From Vicinamibacterales bacterium (GTDB lineage Bacteria > Acidobacteriota > Vicinamibacteria > Vicinamibacterales > UBA8438): a stretch of DNA of 64,000 nt. Below are positions 38,243-47,867 of this stretch, piece by piece; positions within the stretch are counted from its first letter, which is position 1; each line of letters begins with the position of its first letter. Below the pieces are notes generated by a model. That model searched no databases and was not told the DNA's origin. It saw only the letters and a list, made by a program, of their open reading frames with translations. A program made the position numbers and the translations under genes. Where the stretch lies: assembly GCA_965204675.1 (NCBI GenBank), contig OZ242003.1, forward strand, positions 5,901,295 through 5,965,294, in the 5' to 3' direction.

Positions 38243-38698
38243 TCAGTCGCCCGCGGTTCCGAAGAGCTCCCGGAGCACGACGCGGCGGTACTCGAAGATG
38301 CGCTCGATGTCGGGCCGCACCAGCAGGCGGTCGACGATGCGCCCTCCCCAGACCGCGTAGCGCACGTGATCACTCGCCACCGTGCACCCGTCGCGCTCCT
38401 CGAAGCGGTGCTCGTGGACCCAGAGCCGGTAGGGGCCGCGCCGCTGCTCGTCCACGAACCGGCCCGGCGGCTCCCACACGGTGATCTCGCTCCGCCACGG
38501 GATCGGCACGCCGCGCAGCCGCAGGCGGTAGTCGATGGTGGCGCCCGGCCGCATCTCGATCGGCCCCGGCGTCAGCACCGAGAAGCGGAGCCACGGCGGC
38601 GTCAGCCGCTCGAGGTTCCGGGCGCCCGCGAAGAACGGGAACACCTCGGCCCGTGGCCGGGGCAACGTGACCTCGCTGGTCAGCTCGAATGTACGCAC
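38243..38698 (-). CDS. SRPBCC family protein
   Basis: RBS GAGGAGG and GTG start; EVFPFF..ARNLERLTPPW, IDYRLRLRGVP..W, FVDEQRRGPY and WVHEHRF. Confidence 0.88.
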   Translation of the reverse strand: MRTFELTSEVTLPRPRAEVFPFFAGARNLERLTPPWLRFSVLTPGPIEMRPGATIDYRLRLRGVPIPWRSEITVWEPPGRFVDEQRRGPYRLWVHEHRFEERDGCTVASDHVRYAVWGGRIVDRLLVRPDIERIFEYRRVVLRELFGTAGD

Positions 38699-38977
38699 CG
38701 CCCCTTGCACCTCCTCGGTTCCGCCGCCCCCGGCCGTCGCGCGCCGAGCACCCTCTCCCCATCTACCGGTCCCGGAACGGGTGGGACTTCCGCAGCACGT
38801 CGACCTCGCCCACGCCCGTTCCCGGCAGCGTCCGCCAAGCCGAAACGGCTCAGTGCCGGCCAGACGCCGAACGTCCCAACCGCGGAGGAGCCAAGACTGG
38901 AGGTGTGGACGACCGCACGAGAGACGCTGCCCCCCCGACTCGGAACCGCCGGCGCGTACCGCCAAGCCGGCGCTAGA

Positions 38978-39367
38978 CTAGAGCCAACACACAGGGGCCG
39001 GATAGCGCGCGATCCAGGGGTCCGGCGTCACGATTGTCAGGCCACGCAAGATCGCTTGCGAAACCAGGCCTCGGTCGAACGGATCCCGGTGATGGGCCGG
39101 CAGCACGACGTCGTGCGCCGCATCCCGCTCATCGAACACCAGCGGCTCGATCTGCAGGTGCTGCCGACGACTGGCAACGAATGACTCCGGTGATTCGGGC
39201 AGGGGCAACCGGCCAAGTCGATACTTGATCGCTATCTCCCACGTCGAGAGCGCACTGAGGTACACCGCGTTCGCTGGATCGCGACAGTCTCTCCTGACGC
39301 GAAGCGGCAGTCGCCGGTCCTCGGACACCAGCCAGAGAAAGGTGCAGGTGTCGAGCAGAAGCGTCAT
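38978..39367 (-). CDS. vapC: PIN-domain toxin
   Basis: LLLDTCTFLW, SALSTWEIAIK, HHRDPFDR and TIVTPD. Confidence 0.9.
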   Translation of the reverse strand: MTLLLDTCTFLWLVSEDRRLPLRVRRDCRDPANAVYLSALSTWEIAIKYRLGRLPLPESPESFVASRRQHLQIEPLVFDERDAAHDVVLPAHHRDPFDRGLVSQAILRGLTIVTPDPWIARYPAPVCWL

Positions 39368-40296
39368 CGGGACACTCCACGCCAGCGGTCAGGGACAGGC
39401 CATGGAGCTCCGTCTCGTGCTTCGATCGCCTGTTGGGAGCGAGTGCCGTAGCCGCCCAACCAGCGGGTGACCAGCGGCGCGCTCTTGTCGGTCCGATGGA
39501 GACTGGCGCCGACCATTCGCGAACCTGCCGACGAGGCGGACGCGTCACCTGCACCTCGCACCAGTACACCCGTTTCGCACAACCGGTCAACGACGCCGGA
39601 GAGGATCATGGCCTCGTCCAGTGAGTGCGCGATGAACAACACCGCGGTGTCATCTTCGGATTTCAAGATCCGCGCTCCGGACCCGCGGCGGGCGTCGTCC
39701 TCTGCCGGGATGCTCAGCAACTGGAGCTCGTCGTCGGGCGCAAGGCCATGTATGGCCGCCTCGACCTCTTCCTCATGAACCGACCGGTTGCCCCAGTAGT
39801 GCGGCTCGCCGGGCCATCCCCTGACGAGTTCGATCTCGACCCCCTCGCCGTTCGTGCTCCGTTCTACGGCTTCCGCACTCCTGAGCGTCGTCGGGCCGGC
39901 TCCCTCCGGCGAGAGTGAGTACAGGCACTGCAAGGCGCAGCCTGAACGAGAAGGCCATGAGACGAGATCGGAGAGCGGTTCACTGGCCTCGACTCGAAGA
40001 AGGTTCGGCAGAATCTCGGGGTCGAGTGCCGGTTCAATCCGATCGACATCCAGATCGAGCGACTGGCCCCTGCCCCAACCCGCACGGTGCAACGTAAGGT
40101 CGAGCAACCTCCTGCTCACCTCGCGCGCCTCCCGGTCGCCGCCAGCAGGAACTTCTCGGCACTCGCCAGAAGCGATTCCCGGTCTGCGGATTGCGGCGCC
40201 TGCAGGCGAGCGATGACGTCGGTCAGCTTCAGCGGGTCTTCGTGCCGCGGTGAGCGGTGCTTCTGGTCGTAGAACGCCCTCAGCTTGCCGGCCCAT
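39364..40296 (-). CDS. Hypothetical ORF between phd and vapC (possibly degraded or frameshifted)
   Basis: The stop overlaps the vapC ATG (ATGA). The central part looks protein-like, but I recognise no domain. The start is uncertain and overlaps the antitoxin extension. Confidence 0.35.
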   Translation of the reverse strand: MGRQAEGVLRPEAPLTAARRPAEADRRHRSPAGAAIRRPGIASGECREVPAGGDREAREVSRRLLDLTLHRAGWGRGQSLDLDVDRIEPALDPEILPNLLRVEASEPLSDLVSWPSRSGCALQCLYSLSPEGAGPTTLRSAEAVERSTNGEGVEIELVRGWPGEPHYWGNRSVHEEEVEAAIHGLAPDDELQLLSIPAEDDARRGSGARILKSEDDTAVLFIAHSLDEAMILSGVVDRLCETGVLVRGAGDASASSAGSRMVGASLHRTDKSAPLVTRWLGGYGTRSQQAIEARDGAPWPVPDRWRGVSR

Positions 40297-40595
40297 TGCC
40301 GTTTCGATTGCTCGAAGGGGCTCGCGCCCTGCTGGCTCGCCGGTTCTGCCGGGGGCGAGGCACGGCCCTCGAACGCGTCGAGCAGATCGTCAGGAAGGGG
40401 ATCGAAGAAGCTATCCGGGACCACGAGGTCGGGGTCGGTGCCGATGGGACGAGGTTGGGTGAGGGGTTTCGGTAACGGGCGAATCTCGGCCACGGGAACG
40501 TTGCGTCTGCAGAGAATCACCGTTTCCCCACGCTCCACACTGGCGAGGTACTGGGAGAGTCGCGCCTTGGCGACGGCCACATTCACCCTGATCAT
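40116..40595 (-). CDS. Phd/YefM antitoxin with a C-terminal extension
   Basis: MIRVNVAVAKARLSQYLASVERGETVILCRRNVPVAEIRP..RPIG..VPDSFFDPLPDDLLDAFEG, followed by about 80 extra residues. Confidence 0.8.
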   Translation of the reverse strand: MIRVNVAVAKARLSQYLASVERGETVILCRRNVPVAEIRPLPKPLTQPRPIGTDPDLVVPDSFFDPLPDDLLDAFEGRASPPAEPASQQGASPFEQSKRQWAGKLRAFYDQKHRSPRHEDPLKLTDVIARLQAPQSADRESLLASAEKFLLAATGRRAR

Positions 40596-40607
40596 GGGTC
40601 CTATTGT

Positions 40608-40627
40608 TGACCATCAAGATGACCATC
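40608..40627 (-). promoter_or_regulatory. Tandem operator-like repeat upstream of phd
   Basis: TGACCATC-aaga-TGACCATC direct repeat just upstream of the ATG. Confidence 0.4.
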
Positions 40628-40780
40628 GTCAAGCCGCCGGACTCCGGCCGTCGGGTAGAACGACGATCGTGGCGCGAGTCTTTGCGGCCGGAGCCCGCCG
40701 GAAGCCGCTCGACAGCCGTTCGACGGCATGCTATGCGGCGCCGGCGGAAGGAGCGGTCGGCCAGCGCTGGATTGGTCGCA

Positions 40781-40846
40781 AAAAGGGAACACCTCGGCCG
40801 GCGGCGCAGGCCGCAGCACTCCGCCGGTCAGCTCGAGCGTACGCAC
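40781..40846 (-). pseudogene. Relic copy of the SRPBCC gene 5' end
   Basis: Encodes (V)RTLELTG...PAEVFPF versus (V)RTFELTS...RAEVFPF at 38698. Shares the exact block GGGAACACCTCGGCC. Confidence 0.75.
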
Positions 40847-40854
40847 CGGCGCGT

Positions 40855-43800
40855 CTACTCCTCCTCAAACTCATGCGACCGGAACTTGAGCGTCTTGCAG
40901 TTCTCGTTGACAATACGCTGGACGCTCTCGCTCAGACCGTCCTTGACGGTGGCCGAGATCTCCACCGACACCTCTACCGCCGCCCCCGGCAGCACAGTCA
41001 GGTGCCTCACGACTTCCTCGGTTACGACGCTCATGTCGCGGCCGGCGCGGATCGGGTCGAGCCGGATCGTCCCGAAGAAGCGGCGTGGCAAGCGCTGCTG
41101 GATGACCGGGGGCTTGTCAGCGCCTCCAGGTTGTGTTCCTGGATCCGTCCCGGCGTCCGTCGACGGCGTTTCCCCCTGGTCGGTCGATCCCTTCGTCGAC
41201 GCTTGCTCGGCCTCGCGTTGGGCCTTCGCAACATCAGGTTTCACGAGCACGCTCGTCGCATCGAGATAGACGGAGGTCGACGAGCCGAGCGTCAGGCCCT
41301 CGTAGCGGCCCTGCTCCGAGACACTGGTGGCGTACCCGAAGTAGTCGCCGCTTTCTAGCCCCGCCCGGAGCGTGCTCTCGAAGACGGACTGGTCCCGCAA
41401 GCGGGGCAGGTAGCAGTACGCGCACAGCGCATCCCAGACCTGCTTGACGGGGACATGCTTCCGGTCCTTCCAGAACCAGCGGTCGAGTTCCATCTTCAGG
41501 AGCGCCGGCGACCACTGGACGATCAGGTGCTCGCTCGACCGCATGCGCTGCGAGACGCGGGCCGCGATGGCATCGCCGCCGCCCGCCACCTGTTCGACCT
41601 CCCATTCGAGTCCGCTCACGCCCTCGGCCGATGCGTGCTGGACGGGAACGAGCAGCCAGCGCCACGCCTCGCTCAGACGAAGCCGCGCGGTCTCGTCGCT
41701 CGCCTTCTCGCCGTCGGCGGCCTCGCGGCGCTGGTGGGCGTCGAGATTCAGCGCCTCGTGGTCGCGCACCACCGACCGCCACGCCAGGAAGCGCCGCGCT
41801 TCCTGCTCGAGTCCCTCCGTCACCTCCCGGTCGGGCGCGAGGAACGCGAGCATGTTCTGGTGCTTTCGCGGCCCCTTGCCGCGGCTGGAGAGCAGGTCGC
41901 GGGCCGATTCCAGGGCGGCGCTGCGGGCGTCCTTGTCTGCGTGCGTGGCGCCGGGAGCAAGGACCACGAGCCGCGCCGCCGGCTCGTCGGGCACGTCGGC
42001 TGACGACCCGGGGCAGACGTGCACGGCCTGGAAGTCGCCCCGGCCCCGGCGCGACGCTTCGCGCACCCGGCGCTCGATCTCCTGCTCGACGTCGTCTCCG
42101 CTGAACTGCTGCGCCCGCTCAGCCACGGTGCGCCGCAGGTTGGGTCGCGTGTCGTACCACGAACGATGCCCCTTGCGGTAGAGATAGGTGAGCCGGTCGG
42201 CGAGCTGCGACGCGGCGTCGTTGAAGACGGCGACCTGTTCTCCGGGCTGGACCGCGCCGAGCCGCAGCCGGACGTCTTCGAGGCCGCGCACCTGCTGCTG
42301 CGCCACGTGCGGCGCGCTGCCGAGGAAGATGGTCCGGGCCACGCGGCGGGCCGCCACGATCTGGCCGAAGCGCGGGTTCTCGGCATCGACGCGGAACGGC
42401 CCGGCGTTGGGGCCGTCCACGTCGCCTTCGAGCACCGGCGTCCAGCCCTCGGGCAGATAGCGGGTCAACTCGTCGCGCACCGCGGGGGCGTCGAGCCCGA
42501 TGGAGCCCGGCAGGATCACGAAACCCGCGTCGTCGCGCACCCACAGGTCGTGAATGACGGCGGCCATCAGGCGCAGCACGCCGCGCGTGCGCTGAAAGCG
42601 CTCCAGCGTGGACCAGTCGCTGTACAGCCGCTCGAAGACCTCCGGGTGGATGGGGTAGCACGCCTTCAGGCGCTCCAGATACCGCCCCTCCCTGCATTCC
42701 GCGGGAAAGTCGGCGCCGTTCTCGCGGTACAGGGCGGCGAACGCCCGGCACACCTCGTCCCGCGCCGGCTCGTCGTCGATGGGCAGAAAGAGGCGCCGGC
42801 GCACGACCTCGAACCCCTCTTCCGAACCCACCGGCTTCCAGACCGCCTCCATGCGCCCGAAGGTGTGTTCGATCCGCGCCAGGGTCTCGCGACCCGCGTC
42901 GCCCCCGATCTCGATGTCCGACTCGGGAATGGTCGCGACGACCACGGTGTTGCGGCTGGCGCGCACCGCTTCCGTCAACTCCTGAATGAAGGTCTGCACC
43001 GCGTCGAAGCTGCCGGAGGGCAGCCCGTCGACGCCGTAGATCTTCCGCGCATACGCGACCAGCTCGTCAACGAGGATGAGGCACGGACCGCACGCGTCGA
43101 ACAGCCCGCGCAGGGCATCCGACCCGGGCGGCACCCCCTTGCGATCGGCCGACCGCACCCGGTTGAAGAGCTTCGGGTCGCCGGCCTGCTCGGCGAGCTG
43201 GGCCGCGATCTCACCCCAGAGGGTGCGGATTGTGATGCCCGGCAGGTTCGCCGGCCGGCGTTCTCTCGTGGGATTGATGGCGGTACCGACCACGACCGCT
43301 ACCCGTGCCGGCGTCGGCCGCCCGATGCCGGCCTCCTTCAACAAGTCGTCGACGCCGCGAAGCTTGTCGAACGCCACTCGCCCCCGCAACAGGTGGTACA
43401 GGGCGAGCAGGGAATGCGTCTTGCCGCCGCCGAACGCCGTCTTGAGCTGGATGACCGGCTCGCCGCCCTGCCGGGCGATCCGTCGCAGGGCCTGGGTCAT
43501 CAGCTCGCGCATGCCGTCGGTGACGTAGGTGCGGGCGAAGAACTCGACCGGATCCTGGTACTCGGCTTCCGCGCGCCCCCGCGCCACCTGCGAGAGATCC
43601 GCCGCGAACTCCGCCTGCCGGTAACGGCCGGCGGAAACGTCGGGATGCGGCCTCGCCACGTCCTTCCACGGTCTCAGTCCGTGCCGAGAGACGGCCGTGA
43701 GCACGCCGCCCCGATCCGCTCTCACCGGCACTGCATTCGTCGGCGGCTCGACCTCGGTCACCGACGTCGACGGGCCCTCCGTGCCGTAGCGCACCGTTCG

Positions 43801-44244
43801 CGCCAGGGCCCGCAGCCGCTCCGTCGCATCGGCGTCGATCTGCTCGACGAGCCGGGTCATCGTGTCGAGGGCCCGCCACGCGTCCTCGTCCGCCATGCCG
43901 AGCAACTCGGGATGCGCCCACTTGTTGCGCGTCGAGATCAACTCCTTGATCCACGTGCGGTGGTCGCGGCTGAGCTTGTGCCGGAAGAGCTCGTTCCACC
44001 GCACGTCCATGAGCCGCAGGCACCTCGCAGCGTCGAGCTTGGCCGTCAGCTCGTCGTCCTCCCCCCGGACCGGAAGGCCGCGCTGCTGGCTCTCGTGGAG
44101 GACGCCCAGGACACCGCGGATCCACCACTCGTCTCCCAATTCCGCCCGCAGCTCCTGCGCCACGTAGGGCGCGAGAACCCCCGTGAGGGTCCGCAACCCC
44201 TCCGTGACGCGCTGGTAGTTCGTGTCGGTCGTGGCGGTAGTCAT
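40855..44244 (-). CDS. Swt1-like HEPN + DUF499 AAA+ ATPase
   Basis: N-terminal RNKWAH (Rx4H), YRQAEFAADL, QLKTAFGGGKTH (Walker A), LILVDELVAY (Walker B), YPIHPE and FQRTRGVLR. Confidence 0.88.
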   Translation of the reverse strand: MTTATTDTNYQRVTEGLRTLTGVLAPYVAQELRAELGDEWWIRGVLGVLHESQQRGLPVRGEDDELTAKLDAARCLRLMDVRWNELFRHKLSRDHRTWIKELISTRNKWAHPELLGMADEDAWRALDTMTRLVEQIDADATERLRALARTVRYGTEGPSTSVTEVEPPTNAVPVRADRGGVLTAVSRHGLRPWKDVARPHPDVSAGRYRQAEFAADLSQVARGRAEAEYQDPVEFFARTYVTDGMRELMTQALRRIARQGGEPVIQLKTAFGGGKTHSLLALYHLLRGRVAFDKLRGVDDLLKEAGIGRPTPARVAVVVGTAINPTRERRPANLPGITIRTLWGEIAAQLAEQAGDPKLFNRVRSADRKGVPPGSDALRGLFDACGPCLILVDELVAYARKIYGVDGLPSGSFDAVQTFIQELTEAVRASRNTVVVATIPESDIEIGGDAGRETLARIEHTFGRMEAVWKPVGSEEGFEVVRRRLFLPIDDEPARDEVCRAFAALYRENGADFPAECREGRYLERLKACYPIHPEVFERLYSDWSTLERFQRTRGVLRLMAAVIHDLWVRDDAGFVILPGSIGLDAPAVRDELTRYLPEGWTPVLEGDVDGPNAGPFRVDAENPRFGQIVAARRVARTIFLGSAPHVAQQQVRGLEDVRLRLGAVQPGEQVAVFNDAASQLADRLTYLYRKGHRSWYDTRPNLRRTVAERAQQFSGDDVEQEIERRVREASRRGRGDFQAVHVCPGSSADVPDEPAARLVVLAPGATHADKDARSAALESARDLLSSRGKGPRKHQNMLAFLAPDREVTEGLEQEARRFLAWRSVVRDHEALNLDAHQRREAADGEKASDETARLRLSEAWRWLLVPVQHASAEGVSGLEWEVEQVAGGGDAIAARVSQRMRSSEHLIVQWSPALLKMELDRWFWKDRKHVPVKQVWDALCAYCYLPRLRDQSVFESTLRAGLESGDYFGYATSVSEQGRYEGLTLGSSTSVYLDATSVLVKPDVAKAQREAEQASTKGSTDQGETPSTDAGTDPGTQPGGADKPPVIQQRLPRRFFGTIRLDPIRAGRDMSVVTEEVVRHLTVLPGAAVEVSVEISATVKDGLSESVQRIVNENCKTLKFRSHEFEEE

Positions 44245-44273
44245 CGCATCCCCCGAGTCACCCGAACCGCTCC

Positions 44274-47201
44274 TCACTCCGCAGCCCCGAGCGCCAAGTC
44301 GCCCTGCTCGCCGGCGCCGGCGCCGAGCCGAGCGGCTTCCGCCTGAATCTGCGGCCAGGACGTCACGAGGACATTGTAGGCGTACGCTTCGTCAGCCCAC
44401 TTCCGGCGATCGGCGAGCGCGTACAGCCGGTACGCGAGTGCACGGGCCTTTTCCGCCCGCTCGCCGCCCATCGCAAGCACCAGACGAGCCGCTTCGGCGA
44501 CCCCGCCACCCTGCTCCGCCGTGAGCGCCCGGGTCAGATGCTGCGCACCCTCCCAGTCGGCGACGCGCCTGTCGCTCGCCGGGTCCCAGTCCGAGTCGAG
44601 CTCATCGCGGCCCCTGATCCGGACCTTCCCCTTGCCGCCCACGATCACGCCAGCGCTTCGCAAGCCCTCGAACGACGTGTTCTTGGCGTTGAACAGAACC
44701 TCCGCCTCCCCGTAGGCACGCTCCGCCATTCCGTACTGTTCGTACCAGGCCACGCAGAAGCGCGTGTCCGCGTCCAGATCGCCCTCCTGCCTCGCCAGCG
44801 TCTCGTCCAGCATTCTGTTGATCTCGACGAGAGCCGACCGCACCGACATCCGGGAACCATCGGCTTCGAGCACCTGCCCATAGCGCGTGAAGACAGCCAT
44901 GCCAGGGCCGATAGCCGCTTGCGCCAAGTCGACCGGCGCGATGTTGCTCGCCTGCAGATCGGCGAGCGCCGCAGGCAGCTCCGACCGAAGCGCCGCTAGG
45001 AACTGCCGCCGGGAAGCCATCTCCGCATCGGCCGATCGACGGCGGCACACCAGAACGATGCTCGAGGCAAGGGCGTTAGCCTCTTGATTCCGCTTTCTGT
45101 TCTCGCGTTCTGTGCGCACGGGCCACGTTCCGGTGATCCCGAAGCCAGCCTGGATGACGGCTTCCAGAAACGTCTCCCAGCCGGTGCTGGTCGTGCCGGT
45201 GCCACCTCTCGTTTCGGATTGCTTGAAGGCGTAGTAGATCGTGACGGGGAATGCCGGATGTGCCTGTTGGGAGAGCTGGCGCATGGCCTGAGTCATGCCA
45301 TCCAGGAAGAATCGCTCCGCTTCCGCCTTGTTGCCGTGGCGACGGGGCGTGGCGACCAACTCTTCGCCCTTTGGCACCGCCACCGTCGAGAAGAGCTCCG
45401 GCAACATCAGTTTCAGGGCACGGCGGAGCCAGACATAGAAGAAGTCGGACAGGTCGGCGTAGCCGATGTTGTCGTAGTACGGTGGGTCGGTGGACAGGAC
45501 CCTGTCGCGGCTCACCGCTTGGGTTGCCGCGTCAGCCTGACTCGCTGTTCCGCAGGAATTCCGGTTCGCGCCATTCGACACCAGACCTGCCGCGGTGTTC
45601 TGAACCATGCTCTCGAATGAACCGCTGGGCCCGTTCAACGTGTTCGCCTCCGCGTAGTCCCATGACATGGGAAGCGCCTGTCGTCCGAATGTATCTCCAG
45701 GACACTCAACCCCGATCTTGAAGGTACAGAGCATGCTCGAACGATTGGCCGTCTTGCTCGTCGCGAGACCCAGGTACACTGCCACGGCCTCCGCGTACTC
45801 AATCCCGCGGGCACGCCCGCGGGCACGCCCGCGGTGGCCCGGTCCGTCGTCTCGCAAGCCCGCGGCGCGCGCATCGTGCCGAACGCGGTCCATGGTGTCC
45901 GTTACCAGGTCGGAGAGAGTCGTCAAGACGACGAGTTGGCGGCGCGTGAAGAGGTCGCTCCACTTCGTCATCCCGTAGTTGCCCACTCGAAAACCAAGAG
46001 CCTGCTGGAAGAACTCGACATCTGGCCTCCACTCAGGAATAGCTCGGCGCGCGGCGTGTTCCTGTTCTGCAAGCGGGGGCAAGTGGACCCGGCGTCTATC
46101 GCCCTGGGCGACGATCGCCATCAGTCGGGCGCCGATGCGGCCGCGCTGCCCCTCGGCCATGATGTAGTCGCCCGCGACCGGCGAGCCGGACATCAGGCAA
46201 CGGAAGTTCGCCCCGCTCGACAGCTTGGTTCCCGCCCTGGCGGCTTCCAGGTCGGGCGGGGCGCCGACCTTCACCGTAAATCGGTAGCCCCGTCCGTCGA
46301 CCACGGGCTCGACGTACGCCTGCTTCCCCTTCTTCGTCGACAGCATGAACGTCGACACGAGGGGCACGTCGACGTCGGCGAACGCGGGGTTGGGGCTCCT
46401 GACGGTCCGCGCCCAGAGCCACGCGATGACAGTGAGCTTTCGGCCCTCGTAGGGCTTCAGATCGGGCCGCTCCTGTACCAGCTCCGGCGTGATCTCGACC
46501 GGCGGATAGAGATGGCCGATGCGCTTCTCCGCCTCGTCGCGCATCCAGCGGCCATAGTAGCGCACGTCGTCGGCCAGCCCCTGAGCCCCGTGCCACGTCT
46601 TGGCAACGACCGTCTGCTCGGCCCGGGACACCGGGTTCACCGGCGGCCGGCCGGCGAACCCCGGCGGGATCTCGATCATCGCCTTGTTGATCAGCACCGC
46701 CACCGGGTTGAGATCGCTGGCGTGTGCTTCGAGTCCGAGCCTCTGCGCCTCCAGGGTTAGTGCTCCACCACCCGCGAAGGGGTCATGGAAGGCCGGCAGC
46801 CGGTCGGAATCGAACAGCTCCGCCGCCCGCGGATGTGCCGCGTTGTCGGCGCACGTGCGGCGCCAGCTCTCCCGAATCTCCTCCAGCGCCTGTTCCAGCA
46901 CGGCCTCGTTGGTCGTGTTCTCCCACTTGACGAGCTCCTGGACGATGCCGAACAATCGCTTGCGCTCCTGCTCCTGGGCCTTCTCGGTCGGAAACAGCTC
47001 TGGATGGCCCGACGGATCGTCCACCAGTTGCGCGAAGATCACGGCGCGCGCCGCGGCCAGAGGCCGTCTCGCCCACCACAGATGTAGCGTGCTCGGATGC
47101 CCGCGGCGAATCGACTTCTCGTGCACACTGGCGGCGTTGATGTCGTCGAGCGGCAGGGCGACCTCGATCAGCTTTTTTCGGGTCCTGGTTTCGAATTTCA
47201 C
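44274..47201 (-). CDS. DUF1156 adenine DNA methyltransferase (in frame with the upstream domain; has its own SD and GTG at 47201)
   Basis: KKLIEVALPL, HLWWARRPL, DPFAGGG (SAM motif I) and TDPPYYDN (motif IV). Confidence 0.9.
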   Translation of the reverse strand: MKFETRTRKKLIEVALPLDDINAASVHEKSIRRGHPSTLHLWWARRPLAAARAVIFAQLVDDPSGHPELFPTEKAQEQERKRLFGIVQELVKWENTTNEAVLEQALEEIRESWRRTCADNAAHPRAAELFDSDRLPAFHDPFAGGGALTLEAQRLGLEAHASDLNPVAVLINKAMIEIPPGFAGRPPVNPVSRAEQTVVAKTWHGAQGLADDVRYYGRWMRDEAEKRIGHLYPPVEITPELVQERPDLKPYEGRKLTVIAWLWARTVRSPNPAFADVDVPLVSTFMLSTKKGKQAYVEPVVDGRGYRFTVKVGAPPDLEAARAGTKLSSGANFRCLMSGSPVAGDYIMAEGQRGRIGARLMAIVAQGDRRRVHLPPLAEQEHAARRAIPEWRPDVEFFQQALGFRVGNYGMTKWSDLFTRRQLVVLTTLSDLVTDTMDRVRHDARAAGLRDDGPGHRGRARGRARGIEYAEAVAVYLGLATSKTANRSSMLCTFKIGVECPGDTFGRQALPMSWDYAEANTLNGPSGSFESMVQNTAAGLVSNGANRNSCGTASQADAATQAVSRDRVLSTDPPYYDNIGYADLSDFFYVWLRRALKLMLPELFSTVAVPKGEELVATPRRHGNKAEAERFFLDGMTQAMRQLSQQAHPAFPVTIYYAFKQSETRGGTGTTSTGWETFLEAVIQAGFGITGTWPVRTERENRKRNQEANALASSIVLVCRRRSADAEMASRRQFLAALRSELPAALADLQASNIAPVDLAQAAIGPGMAVFTRYGQVLEADGSRMSVRSALVEINRMLDETLARQEGDLDADTRFCVAWYEQYGMAERAYGEAEVLFNAKNTSFEGLRSAGVIVGGKGKVRIRGRDELDSDWDPASDRRVADWEGAQHLTRALTAEQGGGVAEAARLVLAMGGERAEKARALAYRLYALADRRKWADEAYAYNVLVTSWPQIQAEAARLGAGAGEQGDLALGAAE

Positions 47202-47867
47202 GTTATGCCTTCTCTCCGGGGAGGGACCATTCGGCCAACCGCCACCACTCGACGAAGCGGAGGGAAACCAGCCTTGCAGCAAGTCCTTGAGCCGCAGGAA
47301 GGCGCGGTCCCTACAGTCTGCCGTGTTCACCTTGCGCGCGAGCCTGCGGAAGAGTGAGGCCGAACGGCTCTTCCCCGTCCGCCCCAGAATGTACTCGATG
47401 GCCGCCTTCGGATCGATGGGTTTCGCGTCCGCGGCCACCCATAGATTCCGTTCTTCGAGAGCCTCGCGGATGGGGGGCCAAGACGGCTTCCAGCCGAGCA
47501 CGTCCGGGACGTGGGGCGAGGCGCTGAAGACCCACGCCTCCAGCTCGGGCTCGATGACGACGGGGACGGCCCAGTCGGACATGCCCGCCTCTTCAAGCTT
47601 CTCGTCGATGAGCGCTTCGAGCGCGACGCCGGACGCGGCGGGAACGCCTTCCCACGCATGGTCGAGGACGATCAAGGCGTGTTCGGCGGCGCTCCGGTAG
47701 CCGCGCAAGAGGTCCGCGGGACGGGCGTAACAGCCGGGGTCGTGATGCGGATGCACGAGGATCTCGGCTTCCACCGATCGAATGCCGAGCGCCCGGGGTC
47801 GAAGCAGCAGTTCCTCGAGTGTCGCCGCGATCTGTCTGTCGGCGACGACGCAGACGAGGTCCTTCAT
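47202..47867 (-). CDS. MAD4-like TOPRIM-type domain; no stop codon, reads through into the methyltransferase
   Basis: MKDLVCVVAD, ALGIR, HPHHDPG, HALIVLD, IEPELEAWV and WFP. The MAD4 resemblance is from memory. ATGA overlap with the upstream ATPase. Confidence 0.65.
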
